Assembly: GCA_965261595.1 (NCBI GenBank)
Contig: CBDHDG010000004.1
Span: forward strand, 871,197-935,196
DNA length: 64,000 nt
Reading direction: 5' to 3'
DNA from: a bacterium
GTDB taxonomy: Bacteria > UBA8248 > JACPRG01 > G963555815
Shown: positions 42,206 to 52,862 of the stretch, piece after piece
Layout: each line of letters begins with the position of its first letter
How positions within the stretch are numbered: position 1 is the first letter of the stretch
Position numbers and translations under genes: made by a program
The notes under the pieces: model-generated
Told to the model about the DNA's origin: nothing
What the model saw: the letters and a program-made list of their open reading frames with translations, nothing else
Databases searched by the model: none

Positions 42206-43873
42206 CCGGAATTTCCCATATCAACTTGCTTGGGTGGTTTCCGGTCCCCTTTCCCGATGAAAACCAGTTGATCCCCTTCCGATGGGTTTGTCAAGAGCCT
42301 TCCAACCCTCCGCAACAAGGTGCTGACGGCCATCGACTGCCCCAAAAGGCGGACCCTCGCCCTTCGGTCCCCTTTATTCGCGGTTCAACCCGTTAACCAA
42401 TCACCTCATGCTGCCGGGAACCCTCTGCACAAGGTTAGACCGGCACCGGCCGTAATCGGTTGATTCGGTCCAGGATGATGGCGAACTCTTCCCTGGATAC
42501 CGCTACTTCGGCCAATTGAAAGATGATCTGCCGGGCGTGCCGCACAATCCTCCCGCCCATTTTGATGAGCTTGACCTGGAGGCTTCGCAGCGACCAGTGC
42601 TTGAGCCCCCTGGGCAAGGCTAGCCTGCGCAGGAAATTGCCCAGGTTGTACGCCAGGACGAAGAGAAGGAGCCGCACCTGGTTGCACACGAACCGGTGAC
42701 AGGAAAGGCGTGTCCAGTTCATGGCGTACTTGCCTTCCTTGATCCATTGCTCGGCTGTGCCTCGCTGGTTGTAGAAGTGCACGACCCCCTCGGGTCGAGC
42801 CGTCAGGTTCGTGACAATGAATCCGACGCGAGGGAAGAGTTCGCCTGAGTGCCATTCCACCTTCGCCACGACCCGCCGGGAACGGTCCCAGCTTCCAGCC
42901 TGATACCGGAAGTCGTAATAGAAGATGATGGGTCTCTTGGGCGGGCGACCGACCGGGCGGGTGAGGAGGAAGTCGATCTCTCGCTGCACCACGTCGTTGG
43001 CGGGAAGGCGGATGGCGTAAAGGAAGCTGTGCGCTTCCAGGCACTCATAGACCTCCGGGCGCGCAAAGGCGGCATCGGCTCGGAAGTAACGGCGAACACC
43101 CGCCCGCTCATACCGGGCCGCGATGGGCGAAAGCAACTCGCGCCAGCCATCGGCGCTGTGCACGTTGCCGGGGCGCAACATCGCCCCTTCGCAGTCCCCG
43201 AACTGGTTAAAGCAAAAAAGAGGGTGATAACAGGTGCAACGAAAGTGGCCGTTGTAGGCCGTACCTTCCTGCTCCCCATGGACGGGGCTTTCCGAGCTGT
43301 CCATGTCCAGGATGATTCGCTGATGGGGTGAGTGTGCCATGGCCCGGTCCACCCACTCCCGGTTCAGCTCGCTCCGGCCCCTTGAGATTCTCCTCCCTGG
43401 TGAGAACCTCGGTCTCGAACCGGCTCAGGGTGTTGGCGCCCGCCGCCTGCTTCTCAAGCGCTCGGCGGCCGACCACGGCTTGCATCGCGGGGTCCTGGGC
43501 CAACCGCTCGGCATCGTTGGTGTCTTCATACCCTGCCAAGCGGCTATAGACCGACTGGCGCAATAGCGGCGCCAACTCATGCTGGATGTTCCGGCCATGA
43601 CGGATCTCTTGCAATTGCACTGGCGCTCTCACCGTCAAACCCAGCGCATCATCCAGCTCCCGGCAGGCCAGCAATCCCGCATCCAAAGTGATTCTGGTTC
43701 CGTGAAACTCAAGCCTCAGCCGACGGTCAAAACGGATCTTCAAAGCCCCCTTCTTCGCTTCACCCATTGGGTCCCCTCGCAAGATGATGGCAGGGAGAGG
43801 CCAACACCTTGATCTTACACGAGAAAACGGCATTCGGTCCGACAAAACTTATGATCCATATGGGAAATGCGGG
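42206..43873 (-). mobile_element. IS1380-family element, copy 3 (variant B, near-identical to copy 2); transposase 42435-43767 frameshifted near 43375
   Basis: Same inverted repeats and sequence as 28883-30550 apart from a few substitutions. Confidence 0.94.
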
Positions 43874-44856
43874 ACAATATCGCGATTGGGGCCTGGACCT
43901 TTATTCGGCAGGGATTGTAGCGACCGACAAGCTCATTGCTGAGAATAGGGATCTAGTGACGCGTTTTGTCCGCGCCACCATAAAGGGATTTGCAGCGACC
44001 CTGGAAGACCCGAAAGCGGCGGTCTCAGCCCTTATCCAAAAGGCCCCGACCCTCTCCTCTGATCTTGCCCTTAAGCAGCTCAGAATCGCCAACGATCTTC
44101 TCTTGAGTGAGGAAGCCTATAAGGAGGGACTTGGCACTCTGAGCCGGAAAAAGGTGTCGGCCATGATCGATGTGCTTACGCAGTATATGAACCTTCCGAG
44201 AAAGCTCTCGCCCGATGAGATATTCACAAACGAGTTCCTCCCTCGTATTATCCCAAAGAAGGGGAGTTGAAATAAGAAAGGAACGGCAAGGAGAAGGGTC
44301 TTAGGAATCGGGCGCGTTTCTGAAAAGGGAAGAGGCTGCAGGATGAACCGCATCGTTCTAAAGATCGAGGGGTAGGCATCCAAAGTACTCATGTCGAGAG
44401 GGGGAAAAGGCCTATGCTCCATGTGATGATCGAGCAATCGGCCAAATGGGTTTTGTTGCGCAAAACGAAGACCGTATCAACTCTTTGATGATCTTCGGAG
44501 CATCTGCTGAGGCCCGAACTTAATCCATCTCGGAAGCAGGGATGTGTTTCACACCACCGATAGCTACCGCCTGTTATAGTTTTTTGCTTTTTTGGGGGGA
44601 AATTCACATGGCGAAAAAAAGAAGGTGACTGTCCAAGTCAACGCCTAACAGTACAGGTTGATTCAGCAACTAAGGGAAAAAGGCACGTACGGCACCACAG
44701 ATACCGAGGTTCTTCTCAAAGGCTTTCGCGAATGGGGAAAGAAAAAGCTACTGGAGCACCCTTCGTAATCGTCTCGGCGACGCCTCCCCACTCAGAAGAG
44801 GCCTCTAGGATGCGTGGTCTATGCACATTCCACGATTAAGGATAGAAGAAAAGGGG

Positions 44857-46107
44857 TGACCAGACCGATATTTTGTACCACTTATTGGGAGAGAGTTTCC
44901 ATGACAGCCTGAGGCTGTGAAACCGGTTTTGGGGGAAGGAATGGAGTGCAGACCTCCGGCGCCGGGGGCCTGTAATTCAGCGCCGAGTGCGGTCTCCGGG
45001 TGTTATATTCCTCCCGCCATTGCTCAATCACAATCTGGGCCTCCTTCAACGAATAGAAGATCTCACCATTCAGGCATTCGTCTCTCAGCTTCCCATTGAA
45101 ACTCTCACAATACCCATTGTCCCAGGGACTACCGGGTTCGATGTATAACGTTCCGATTCCGACCTTCCCCAGCCACTGGCGCAAGTCCCGGTCCAGAAAC
45201 TCTGGGCCGTTGTCGGATCGAATATGCTCCGGGACCCCTTGCCACACCATCACGTCCGACAACGTCTCGATCACCTCCGGGCTGCCTATCCTCCGCTCGA
45301 CTCGGATGGCCAGGCATTCCCTCGTAACCTCGTCCAGCAGCGTCAGAAGCCGCAGCGTTCTTCCATCGTGCGTTCTGGCGCTGACAAAATCATAGCTCCA
45401 GACGTGGTTCCGATGCTCCGGCCGCAGTCGCACACAGGAACCGCCGTTCAGCCAGAGCCGTCTTCGGGGCCTTTGTTTCTGCGGCACTTTCAAACCTTCC
45501 CGCCGCCAGATTCGCTGCACCCGATCCTTCCCCACCGGCCAGCCCGAGCTCTGCAGCAACGCCGTGATTCGTCGATAACCGTACCGCCCGTACTGCGCCG
45601 CCAGAGCCACCACCGCTCGTGTCAGCTCATCCTCGTCCAACCGATCCATCGGCCGGTATCGTTGCGTTCCCCTCCATTGCCCTAGCAGCTGGCAGGCGCG
45701 CCGTTCCGACAGGCCATACTTCCCCCGCGCACACTCCACCGCGCAACGTCGCCGCTCAGGGCTCAGAAGTTTCCCTGGGCTACGTCCCGTAGCACTTGCT
45801 TCTCCAGCGACAACTCGGCCACCAGTCGCTTCAACCGCGCATTTTCCTTCTCCAGCTCCTTCAGCCGTTTCGCCTGATCCAGCTTCAGCCCTCCATATTC
45901 CTTCCGCCAGCGGTAATCAGTCTGGGTGTGGATGCCGGCTTCCTTGCAGCCTTCGGGAGCCGTCTTCCCGTTTGCCATCTGCACTTCGATCTGCCGCAGC
46001 AAGGTCACAATCTGCTCTGCTTTGTACTTTCGGATCGGCATGTCCAGCTTCCTCCTTCGTGAGATCCTCTCTCACTTCTGCTGGTACAAAAAACGCCGGG
46101 CAGGTCA
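44857..46107 (-). mobile_element. IS3-family element, IS407-group-like (orfA 45763-46041, orfB 44882-~45766)
   Basis: Inverted repeats TGACCAGACCGATATTTTGTACCA and TGGTACAAAAAACGCCGGGCAGGTCA. OrfA AEQIVTLLRQIE...YRWRKEYGG. OrfB WSYDF, RSDNGPEF and NGYCESFNG. No TSD. Confidence 0.92.
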
Positions 46108-46283
46108 CCGTTTCCCGCCCTGTCCTCCGCTTGGCCGGTACGTCCATTCACCGGCCGGTTTCCCGAACACGCCGATCCCCGTCGGGAGACCGAGGCCGGG
46201 CGGCGGCCGGGCGAAGCGCGGGCGCGGAGGCGAGGCAGGCGCCATGCCCCGGCCCCGCACGCCGTCCCAACGGAGGAACCACG

Positions 46284-46526
46284 ATGACCGATACCAACAT
46301 CACGGAGGAGCACCGACGGGCCTTCTCCGCCCTGACCAGCGGCGACTGTCGAAACTTCGCTCTCTTTTCCTGCTTCTGTGACGGCCGGCCCACGGCGGCC
46401 ATCGCCGCGGTGACCGTCCACCCGCCCGCCGGCGAAGACGGCGAGGCGGAATACCGCGTCAGTCCGCTGTTCATCGGCCTCACGCCGGACATGACATTGA
46501 CCGACCATGACGGGCGCGAGGCATGA
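46284..46526 (+). CDS. Small ICE/plasmid-type hypothetical protein (DUF6117-like)
   Basis: GGAGG RBS; NFALFSC...AAIAAV...VSPLF pattern; ATGA overlap with the next gene. Confidence 0.55.
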   Translation: MTDTNITEEHRRAFSALTSGDCRNFALFSCFCDGRPTAAIAAVTVHPPAGEDGEAEYRVSPLFIGLTPDMTLTDHDGREA

Positions 46527-47368
46527 GCGCCGACGCCATGCGCCGCCGGTCTCCGGCCGGTCCCGGCCGCATCCCGCACATTCGCTTGCCGCCGGAATGC
46601 CGGGAGATGATCCGGCGCGGCGCGCTCTTCGCCCTGAACCACAGCGGCGACAAGGACAGCCAGGCGATGACGATCCTTCTCGCCCGGATCGTCCCCCGGC
46701 AAAACCTTCTGGCGGTTCACGCCCCGCTCGGCGAGGTGGAATGGCCTGGCACCATCGAGCACATCGAGGCAACGATCCCGGGCGGCGTGCCCCTCGTTTT
46801 CGCGCCCGTCGCTTCCGGCAAGACGCTGCTCGACAGGATCGAGGAACGGGGCCGGTTCCCCTCGGCGTCCGTTCGCTGGTGCACGTCCGATTTCAAGAGA
46901 TCGCCCATCGAGCGCGAGCTCCGGCGCCATCTCAAGGCCCATCCCCGCTTCGGCGGACGCGTCGTCAACTGCATGGGGCATCGCGCCGACGAAAGCGCCG
47001 TCCGCGCCGGGCGGGACCCCTGGACACGCAACGCCCGCAACAGCAAGGCGGGCCGGGAGTAGATGGACTGGCTTCCCGTCCATGCCCTCTCGACCGCCGA
47101 CGTGTTCCGGGTCATCCGCGACGCCGGCCAGTCGCCGCACTGGGCCTATGCGGCCGGCATGAGACGGCTCTCCTGCAGCTTCTGCATCCATCGCGTCCCG
47201 CCAAGACTTCCGCACCGCGGCGCGGCTCCGTCCGGCGCGTTATCGCCGCTACGCCGCGCTCGAGCGGCGCATCGGCCACACGCTGTCGCCGTCGCGCATC
47301 CCCCTGCCCGAACTGACGGGCGTGCCGGCCGAGGCCGGGCAAACCCCCTTCGGAGGAGTTTCGCATGT
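46523..47368 (+). pseudogene. PAPS-reductase-family protein with an in-frame TAG (47060-47062) and a later frameshift
   Basis: PP-loop NHSGDKDS, RWCTSDFKRSP and MGHRADES. After the TAG come DWLPVH, HWAY and RLSCSFCI. Confidence 0.8.
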
Positions 47369-47868
47369 CCCTGGATACCGCCGTGACCGAGCGCGCCGCC
47401 CGCATCCTGATCGAACGTGATCCGGGTCCCGGTGACCGGCTCGACGCCTTTCTCCTGCTCGCCGGCCAGGAGTATCTGTGGCGCCGCCGAGACCGCCCCG
47501 GCGCCGTCTTCGGCGCGGCGGTCCGCATGTACGAGGCCGCGATCGGCCGGCCCCTCCCGAGGCCCGCGTCCCTCCCCGTCTTCGGCGCGGTCAAGCGCCG
47601 GCGCACCGAGCGTCGCCGGGAAGTCGCCGTCTGGCTCGCGGGTCGTTTCCTCGGCTGGCTGTACAGCCCCAATGGCCGGGGCCGCGCTTCCGAGACGGAC
47701 TGGCGTCCGGACGGCAGCCTGTCGATCTGCCTGGGGCTGCCGTACGAACAGGCCCTGAAGGAGCCTCCCCGTTCGCTTCCCCATGCCGAGCGTCGCGTGA
47801 TCGAGCTCGCTCTCGCGAACGTCGTCGACCCCGGCGTTGAGGGTGTCGCCCGTGAGCCGCACGGTTGA
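47365..47868 (+). CDS. Hypothetical protein
   Basis: GGAGG RBS, 167 aa, co-oriented with the backbone genes. Confidence 0.55.
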   Translation: MSLDTAVTERAARILIERDPGPGDRLDAFLLLAGQEYLWRRRDRPGAVFGAAVRMYEAAIGRPLPRPASLPVFGAVKRRRTERRREVAVWLAGRFLGWLYSPNGRGRASETDWRPDGSLSICLGLPYEQALKEPPRSLPHAERRVIELALANVVDPGVEGVAREPHG

Positions 47869-48053
47869 CGGCACGCCGGCGCCGCCACCGCTTCCCCGCC
47901 GAGCCGACCTGCCGCCCGGCATCCTTCCGCAATCCGCCTCGCGGTCCCGCGTGCGCGCCCCCGCGAGGCCGAGCCGGGCCGGGGCCGGTCGCAGGCCGGA
48001 CGGCCGGAGCGGCCGTTCCCCGCGCCATCCACTTTCATCCATGGGAGATACGC

Positions 48054-50372
48054 ATGAACCGCATTGCTTCCCCGCCCGAACCCGTCATCCGAACCATCCC
48101 GCTGAGCCGGCTGGACCTGGCCCCGGAGAACGTGCGCAAGACCCCGGCCGATCCGGCTGGAATCACCGAGCTCAAGGCCTCCATCGCGGCCCACGGGCTG
48201 CTCGAGAACCTGGTCGTCCGGGCCCAAGACTCAGGCGAGGACGGCGTCGGCCGCTACGCGGTCATCGCCGGCGGGCGCCGTCTCGTCGCCCTGCAGGCTC
48301 TCGTCAGCGATGGTGTGCTCGATGAGGACCACCCCGTGCCCTGTTTGATTGCCGCTGATGGCGATTGCGGAGAGCTGTCTCTCGCCGAGAACGTAGTCCG
48401 CGTCGCCATGCACCCCGCCGACCAGGTGATCGCCTTCACCAGGATGGCCGACGCCGGCGTCACCGTGTCCTCCATCGCCGCCCGCTTCGGCGTCTCCGAG
48501 CGCCTGGTCGAACAGCGCCTGCGGCTCGGCCATGCGGCCCCGGAACTCCTCGACGCCTACCGGGCCGAGGAGATCGACCTGGAGACCCTCAAGACTTTCG
48601 CGGTCACGACCGACCACGGCCGCCAGAGGGCGATCTGGGAGCTGGTGAAGGACCAGGGTTGCCGGCCAGGGGCCTGGCAGGTGAAGCGCATGCTGACCGA
48701 AGACAGGGTGCCGGGAGCCGCCGCCATCGCGCGCTTCGTCGGCATCGAGACCTATGAGGCCGCGGGTGGGGCCATCACCCGGGACCTCTTCGCACAGGAG
48801 GACGACCGCGGGATCTGGTTCGACAATCCCGTGCTCCTGAACGAGCTCGCCATGCAGAAGCTCCGGACGGCGGCGGACGAGCTGGACACCCGCTGGAAGT
48901 GGGCCGAGGCAGCGCCGGAGGCCGACTGGAGCGCGACCGCGCGGTTCGGGCGCATCCGGCCCGAGCCCGCGGAGCCGACCGACGAGGAGCGGGCCGAGCT
49001 CGAGCGGCTGAGCGCCCGCCACGACGAGCTCGCCGACATGGACGACGAGGACTGGACCGGGGAGCTCATAGAAGAGGCCGAAGGCATCGAAACGCGTCTC
49101 GATGAGATCCATGCGGCCGTGGATGCGCGGGCCACCTTCCGGCCCGAGGACATGGCCATGGCCGGGTGCATCGCGACCATCGGCCAGGACGGCGCGCTCC
49201 AGGTCATCCAGGGCCTGGTCAGGCCCGAGGATATGCCCAAAAAGGCCGGCAAGGGCGCAGACGGACTGGAAGCCGACACTGGGGACAGCGGCGCAGCCGA
49301 GCTTGGCCGCGTCGATGGCCCCGAGATCTCGGCCCCCGTCGCTTCGCCTCCCGACCCGCGCGCCAAGGCCCGGGAGGAGGCCGGAGTGGGCATCGGTCTC
49401 GCCGACGACCTCCGCGCCATCCGCACGGCCCTGGTCAAGGCGCATCTGGCCAAGGACTACGAGGCGGCGTTCGATCTCATGCTGTTCCAGCTCGCCCGGG
49501 CCGTGTTCACGAACGTCCACAGGGCCGACGCCCTCGACGTCGCCGTCAAGGAGACCGCCGACCGGCCCGCGTCGCGCATGAACGACGAGGCGTTCGCCGG
49601 ATGGAGCCCGGGCGAGGCCATGCTCGCGGACCGCTCCGGCCTCTCCCTCGACTGGATGGAGCAGGAGGACGAGGGCGAGTCCTTCGCGGCCTTGCAGGCC
49701 CTTCCCGGGGGGGAGAAGCAGGCCCTGTTCTCAGCAGCCGTGGCGCGCACGGTCAAGGGCCAGCTCGCCTTCGAGCCGGACGCCCGGCCCGAGCTGGAAG
49801 CCACCATCGCCCGGCTCGACATCGACTTCACCGCCCATGTACGACCAAGCGCGGACATGCTGTGGTCGCGCATCAGGAAGGACCGGATCCTCGCCGTGGC
49901 GCACGAGACCCTGGGCCCTGCCTGGGCCTCGGCGCGCTCGAAGTACAAGAAGGCCGACCTCGCCAAGGCGATGGAAGAGGCTTTCGCGGCCGGAGACCCG
50001 CCCGTCGGACTCACCGCCTCTGCCAGAGCCGCCGCTCTCGCCTGGACGCCGCCCGGCTTCGCGCCCTTCGACACGGGCCGCGTGGAGGAGCCGGACAGGG
50101 ACGTCCCGCCGGCTGGCGAACCCGAACCGGATCCCGCTCCGGTTCCGGACACCATGGAAGTCGTTGATGACGGCGTCCCCGATACGGTCGGCGGCGATGC
50201 GTCGGAAGCCTCGGGTCCCGGTGTGCCGGCAGACAAGGACCCCGGCCCGGAGACCGCCAATGGCGGCCCCAGCATCGACGTGTCCCAGGAGAACGTCCTC
50301 GCCCCGCCACGGGTCAACGGCCGCGACAGCGGCGACGGACTCGACATCCCCGAGTTCCTGCGCCGGGCCTGA
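48054..50372 (+). CDS. parB: ParB/RepB/Spo0J-family protein, long ICE/plasmid type
   Basis: ENVRKT, LKASIAAHGLLENLVV, VIAGGRRLVAL, SLAENVVRVAMHPADQ and HTH IAARFGVSER. GGGAG RBS. Confidence 0.88.
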   Translation: MNRIASPPEPVIRTIPLSRLDLAPENVRKTPADPAGITELKASIAAHGLLENLVVRAQDSGEDGVGRYAVIAGGRRLVALQALVSDGVLDEDHPVPCLIAADGDCGELSLAENVVRVAMHPADQVIAFTRMADAGVTVSSIAARFGVSERLVEQRLRLGHAAPELLDAYRAEEIDLETLKTFAVTTDHGRQRAIWELVKDQGCRPGAWQVKRMLTEDRVPGAAAIARFVGIETYEAAGGAITRDLFAQEDDRGIWFDNPVLLNELAMQKLRTAADELDTRWKWAEAAPEADWSATARFGRIRPEPAEPTDEERAELERLSARHDELADMDDEDWTGELIEEAEGIETRLDEIHAAVDARATFRPEDMAMAGCIATIGQDGALQVIQGLVRPEDMPKKAGKGADGLEADTGDSGAAELGRVDGPEISAPVASPPDPRAKAREEAGVGIGLADDLRAIRTALVKAHLAKDYEAAFDLMLFQLARAVFTNVHRADALDVAVKETADRPASRMNDEAFAGWSPGEAMLADRSGLSLDWMEQEDEGESFAALQALPGGEKQALFSAAVARTVKGQLAFEPDARPELEATIARLDIDFTAHVRPSADMLWSRIRKDRILAVAHETLGPAWASARSKYKKADLAKAMEEAFAAGDPPVGLTASARAAALAWTPPGFAPFDTGRVEEPDRDVPPAGEPEPDPAPVPDTMEVVDDGVPDTVGGDASEASGPGVPADKDPGPETANGGPSIDVSQENVLAPPRVNGRDSGDGLDIPEFLRRA

Positions 50373-50398
50373 ACCGTCCCCGCATTCCCATCCCTCAT

Positions 50399-50433
50399 GC
50401 GCCCCGCCGGTCCCGCGCCGGCGGGGCGCTTTT
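50399..50433 (+). terminator. Intrinsic terminator-like hairpin after parB
   Basis: 12-bp stem GCGCCCCGCCGG/CCGGCGGGGCGC followed by TTTT. Confidence 0.7.
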
Positions 50434-50464
50434 CGTTTCGGCCGCTTCCACGGAGACTATCGCC

Positions 50465-52213
50465 ATGAACGACATTCCCGACGCGGCGCCCCGGCCCTGG
50501 CTTGGCCGCATCCGGGCGAGGATCCATGACAGCGCCCTCCAGCGCGTCACCCGGCTCTGGGCCGCCACAACCATCGACACCCTCGTGGAGAGTTTCCAGA
50601 ATGGCAGAAGGGCCGGCGCGACGCGCGTGTCGGTGATCGTTACCGATCCCGCCGGTGAGCCATCCGACAACAGCGCCCTGACCGTCACCGTCACCGATGA
50701 CGGCATCGGCATCGCCGATCCTGCCGTGCTCCTGAGTCTTGGCGAGACCGGATGGGACGGGGAGCTTGCCGGCCGAGAGGACGCGGCCGGGATGGGATTC
50801 GCCAGCCATGCCCGCCAAGGCTGCCGCATCGTCTCGCGTCCCCGCTCCGACAGTAGACAACCCGGCCCCGGCTGGCGCGTCGATCTCACGCCCGCGCATT
50901 TCCTGGGGGAGGAGGAGGCGACCGTCGTCCCGGAGGACGGCGGATCTTGGCCCCATGGCACGGCCGTCAGCTTCACGGCCTCGGGCGACCGCGATTCGAT
51001 CCGCCGGGCGGTCGAAGCCGCGGCCCGCCATTATCCGCTCCCGGTCACACTTGACGGGGAGACCGTCCCCCGCCGGGCCTTTCTCGACGGGGCCGTTGAC
51101 GCCGAGCCTTGGCGGGGACTCGTCTTCGGCGTGTTCGTGGGCCGCAGCCGCGGCTACAACGAGCCTGACCTCAACTTCCACGGCCTTACCCTGCCGGTGC
51201 GCCTGCCCACGGTCGATCCCGTGACCGGCCAGACCTGGTCGATCCGCGCCGAGGTTGCGAGCTGTCCCGAACTGGAGCTCGTTCTGCCGGCGAGGAAGGA
51301 GGCGGTCGAGACCCCTTTCCTGAACGAGACGCGAGAGGCCGCGCGGCTCGCCGTCTACCGAGCCATGGCGTCGACCGAGGCGCCGCCGCGCATCGCCTTC
51401 GAGGACTGGACCCGGGCGCGCGAAGCCGGGATCGAGCTTCCGATACCGTCCCTCCAACTGCGTCCCTGGCGGCCCTGCATCGCCGATATCGACGATTGGC
51501 GCGAGGCGCCCGCTCTCGCATCCGTATCCAACGACGCGCTCGTGATGCACGTGGATCCCGAACCGCCCGAAGCTCAGGCCCTCTGGCGCGCCGCCGAACA
51601 TGGCGGGATAACCCCACGGCTCTTCGAGGCCGACCGCCGGCTCGACGGCTACGGTTGGTACGACGCGCTTCCCCGCGTCACCGATGTCCGCACCGAGATC
51701 GTGATCAACAACGAGGCCCGTCCGCTGGAGGACTACCGGACTCCGTCAGAAGGGTCCAGCCCCGTAGAGCCGCCTCCACGGCCGGATTGGATCCGCATTT
51801 GCCTCGATGTCGAGGGCGTGAACGGCAAGACCAAGACCCTCGATCTCGACGCCGATCTCGCATTTGCCGGAGAAGCCTGGGTCTGGCTTCCCGATGCGAA
51901 GCCGCTGGTCACGGCCGGGAGCGCCCTCGAGCCCGCCGAACTCGCCGAGCTGCTGCGCGCCGCCTACTTTTCTCCGTCGGATGAAGCGGATTCCGACAGT
52001 TGGGAGACCCAGCGCCTACGTTTCGACGAAGAGGCCATGCACATAGCCGTGAAGCTCCTTTGCTCGGCGGACGAGGCCCGCCGGATATCCATCGCCGAAG
52101 CGGTCAGGCGCGAGCTGTTCTGGCTCATCCCCCGGGACCGCGAGGTCACCATTGCCGTGCGCGACCGGGAGGTCAGCGTCGAGCTCGGCGCCGCCAGGGA
52201 GACTGCGGGATGA
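50465..52213 (+). CDS. GHKL (HATPase_c) ATP-binding protein with an unknown C-terminal region
   Basis: Bergerat-fold motifs ESFQNGRRAGA (ExxxN), TVTDDGIGI (DxGxG), AGMGFAS and HGTAVSF. Confidence 0.8.
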   Translation: MNDIPDAAPRPWLGRIRARIHDSALQRVTRLWAATTIDTLVESFQNGRRAGATRVSVIVTDPAGEPSDNSALTVTVTDDGIGIADPAVLLSLGETGWDGELAGREDAAGMGFASHARQGCRIVSRPRSDSRQPGPGWRVDLTPAHFLGEEEATVVPEDGGSWPHGTAVSFTASGDRDSIRRAVEAAARHYPLPVTLDGETVPRRAFLDGAVDAEPWRGLVFGVFVGRSRGYNEPDLNFHGLTLPVRLPTVDPVTGQTWSIRAEVASCPELELVLPARKEAVETPFLNETREAARLAVYRAMASTEAPPRIAFEDWTRAREAGIELPIPSLQLRPWRPCIADIDDWREAPALASVSNDALVMHVDPEPPEAQALWRAAEHGGITPRLFEADRRLDGYGWYDALPRVTDVRTEIVINNEARPLEDYRTPSEGSSPVEPPPRPDWIRICLDVEGVNGKTKTLDLDADLAFAGEAWVWLPDAKPLVTAGSALEPAELAELLRAAYFSPSDEADSDSWETQRLRFDEEAMHIAVKLLCSADEARRISIAEAVRRELFWLIPRDREVTIAVRDREVSVELGAARETAG

Positions 52214-52698
52214 AGAAGCCATACACCGTCCAGTGCGCCCATGCGGCGTATTACGGCAACATCGTCACCGTCGAGGCCGACACCCTTGACGAGGCCCTGG
52301 ACAAGGCGATCCAGGAAGCCGACGGCGATGCGGAAGGCTGGCGTTCCATGGACGACGCCGGCCCGACCTTCGTCGTCGAAGTCCGCGAGGGAACCCACCT
52401 CGATCCCCTGGATCGCGAGACCCCGGCGCTTCCCATCCCCGACCGGTTCACCGAGCAGGGCGAGCCGCCCGTCGTCACCTTGACCGATCCCGGCAGGCCG
52501 GTCGGCGCCATCGAGGTCTCCGGAGGCAGGGTTGTGCTGCGCTTCTCCAGCGGGGCCGCCACGGTTACAAGCGAGGTTTCCGATCCGCCCCATCCCCCGG
52601 CCAACCACCCCCTCGTCGTCATTCGGCGCCGCGCCGACGGCGCGCCCGACGTCACCGTGACCGAGGGCCGGGCCCGGGTCCGCATCCTCGACCCCTGA
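52210..52698 (+). CDS. Hypothetical protein
   Basis: ATGA overlap with the GHKL gene; starts MKKPYTVQCAH; coding-like codon usage. Confidence 0.65.
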   Translation: MKKPYTVQCAHAAYYGNIVTVEADTLDEALDKAIQEADGDAEGWRSMDDAGPTFVVEVREGTHLDPLDRETPALPIPDRFTEQGEPPVVTLTDPGRPVGAIEVSGGRVVLRFSSGAATVTSEVSDPPHPPANHPLVVIRRRADGAPDVTVTEGRARVRILDP

Positions 52699-52862
52699 CC
52701 CTGGCTGCCCGCCGCCGACCGGACCGCCCGTCCGCGCCGTCCTCCAACCATCGCCCACAGTCCGTTTCGTACTGCTCGGAGCCGATTGCCGGCGGTGCGG
52801 AGCAACCAAGACGCGGCAGCGGCCCCCGCTTCCTCGTCCCTCATCTCCGGGAGACACGTTCC

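Larger units (their letters stand above)
39466..43873 (-). mobile_element. IS1380-mediated one-ended transposition unit (IS copy 3 plus 2.74 kb of captured DNA)
   Basis: ACAAT duplicated at 39461-39465 and 43874-43878. The IS's own IRR at 42206 is flanked by AAAAG, not ACAAT. The distal end GCCGGATCT resembles the IS inverted repeats. Confidence 0.88.
38850..44270 (+). pseudogene. THI5/NMT1-like ABC substrate-binding protein split by a 4.4-kb insertion (parts 38850-39465 and 43879-44270)
   Basis: Signal peptide, NWVFTGEH and KGYYRAEGID. Joining the halves at the duplicated ACAAT gives ...AEIQYRDWGLDLYSAG...FTNEFLP, 1008 nt in frame (335 aa). Confidence 0.9.

Noticed and set aside
44608..44767. 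Possible small regulator remnant (MAKK..VTVQVNA*QYRLIQQLREKG...)
   Set aside because: It needs both a frameshift and stop readthrough over ~50 codons; too weak to call.
7281..47062. Genome-wide amber recoding (pyrrolysine or code 15), suggested by in-frame TAGs in gajA and the PAPS-reductase-like gene
   Set aside because: TAG is the normal terminator of complete genes here (porin, SBP, XDH, MTase, amidohydrolase). The two sites probably derive from different codons (Glu/Gln-like and Trp), and the PAPS gene also carries a frameshift.
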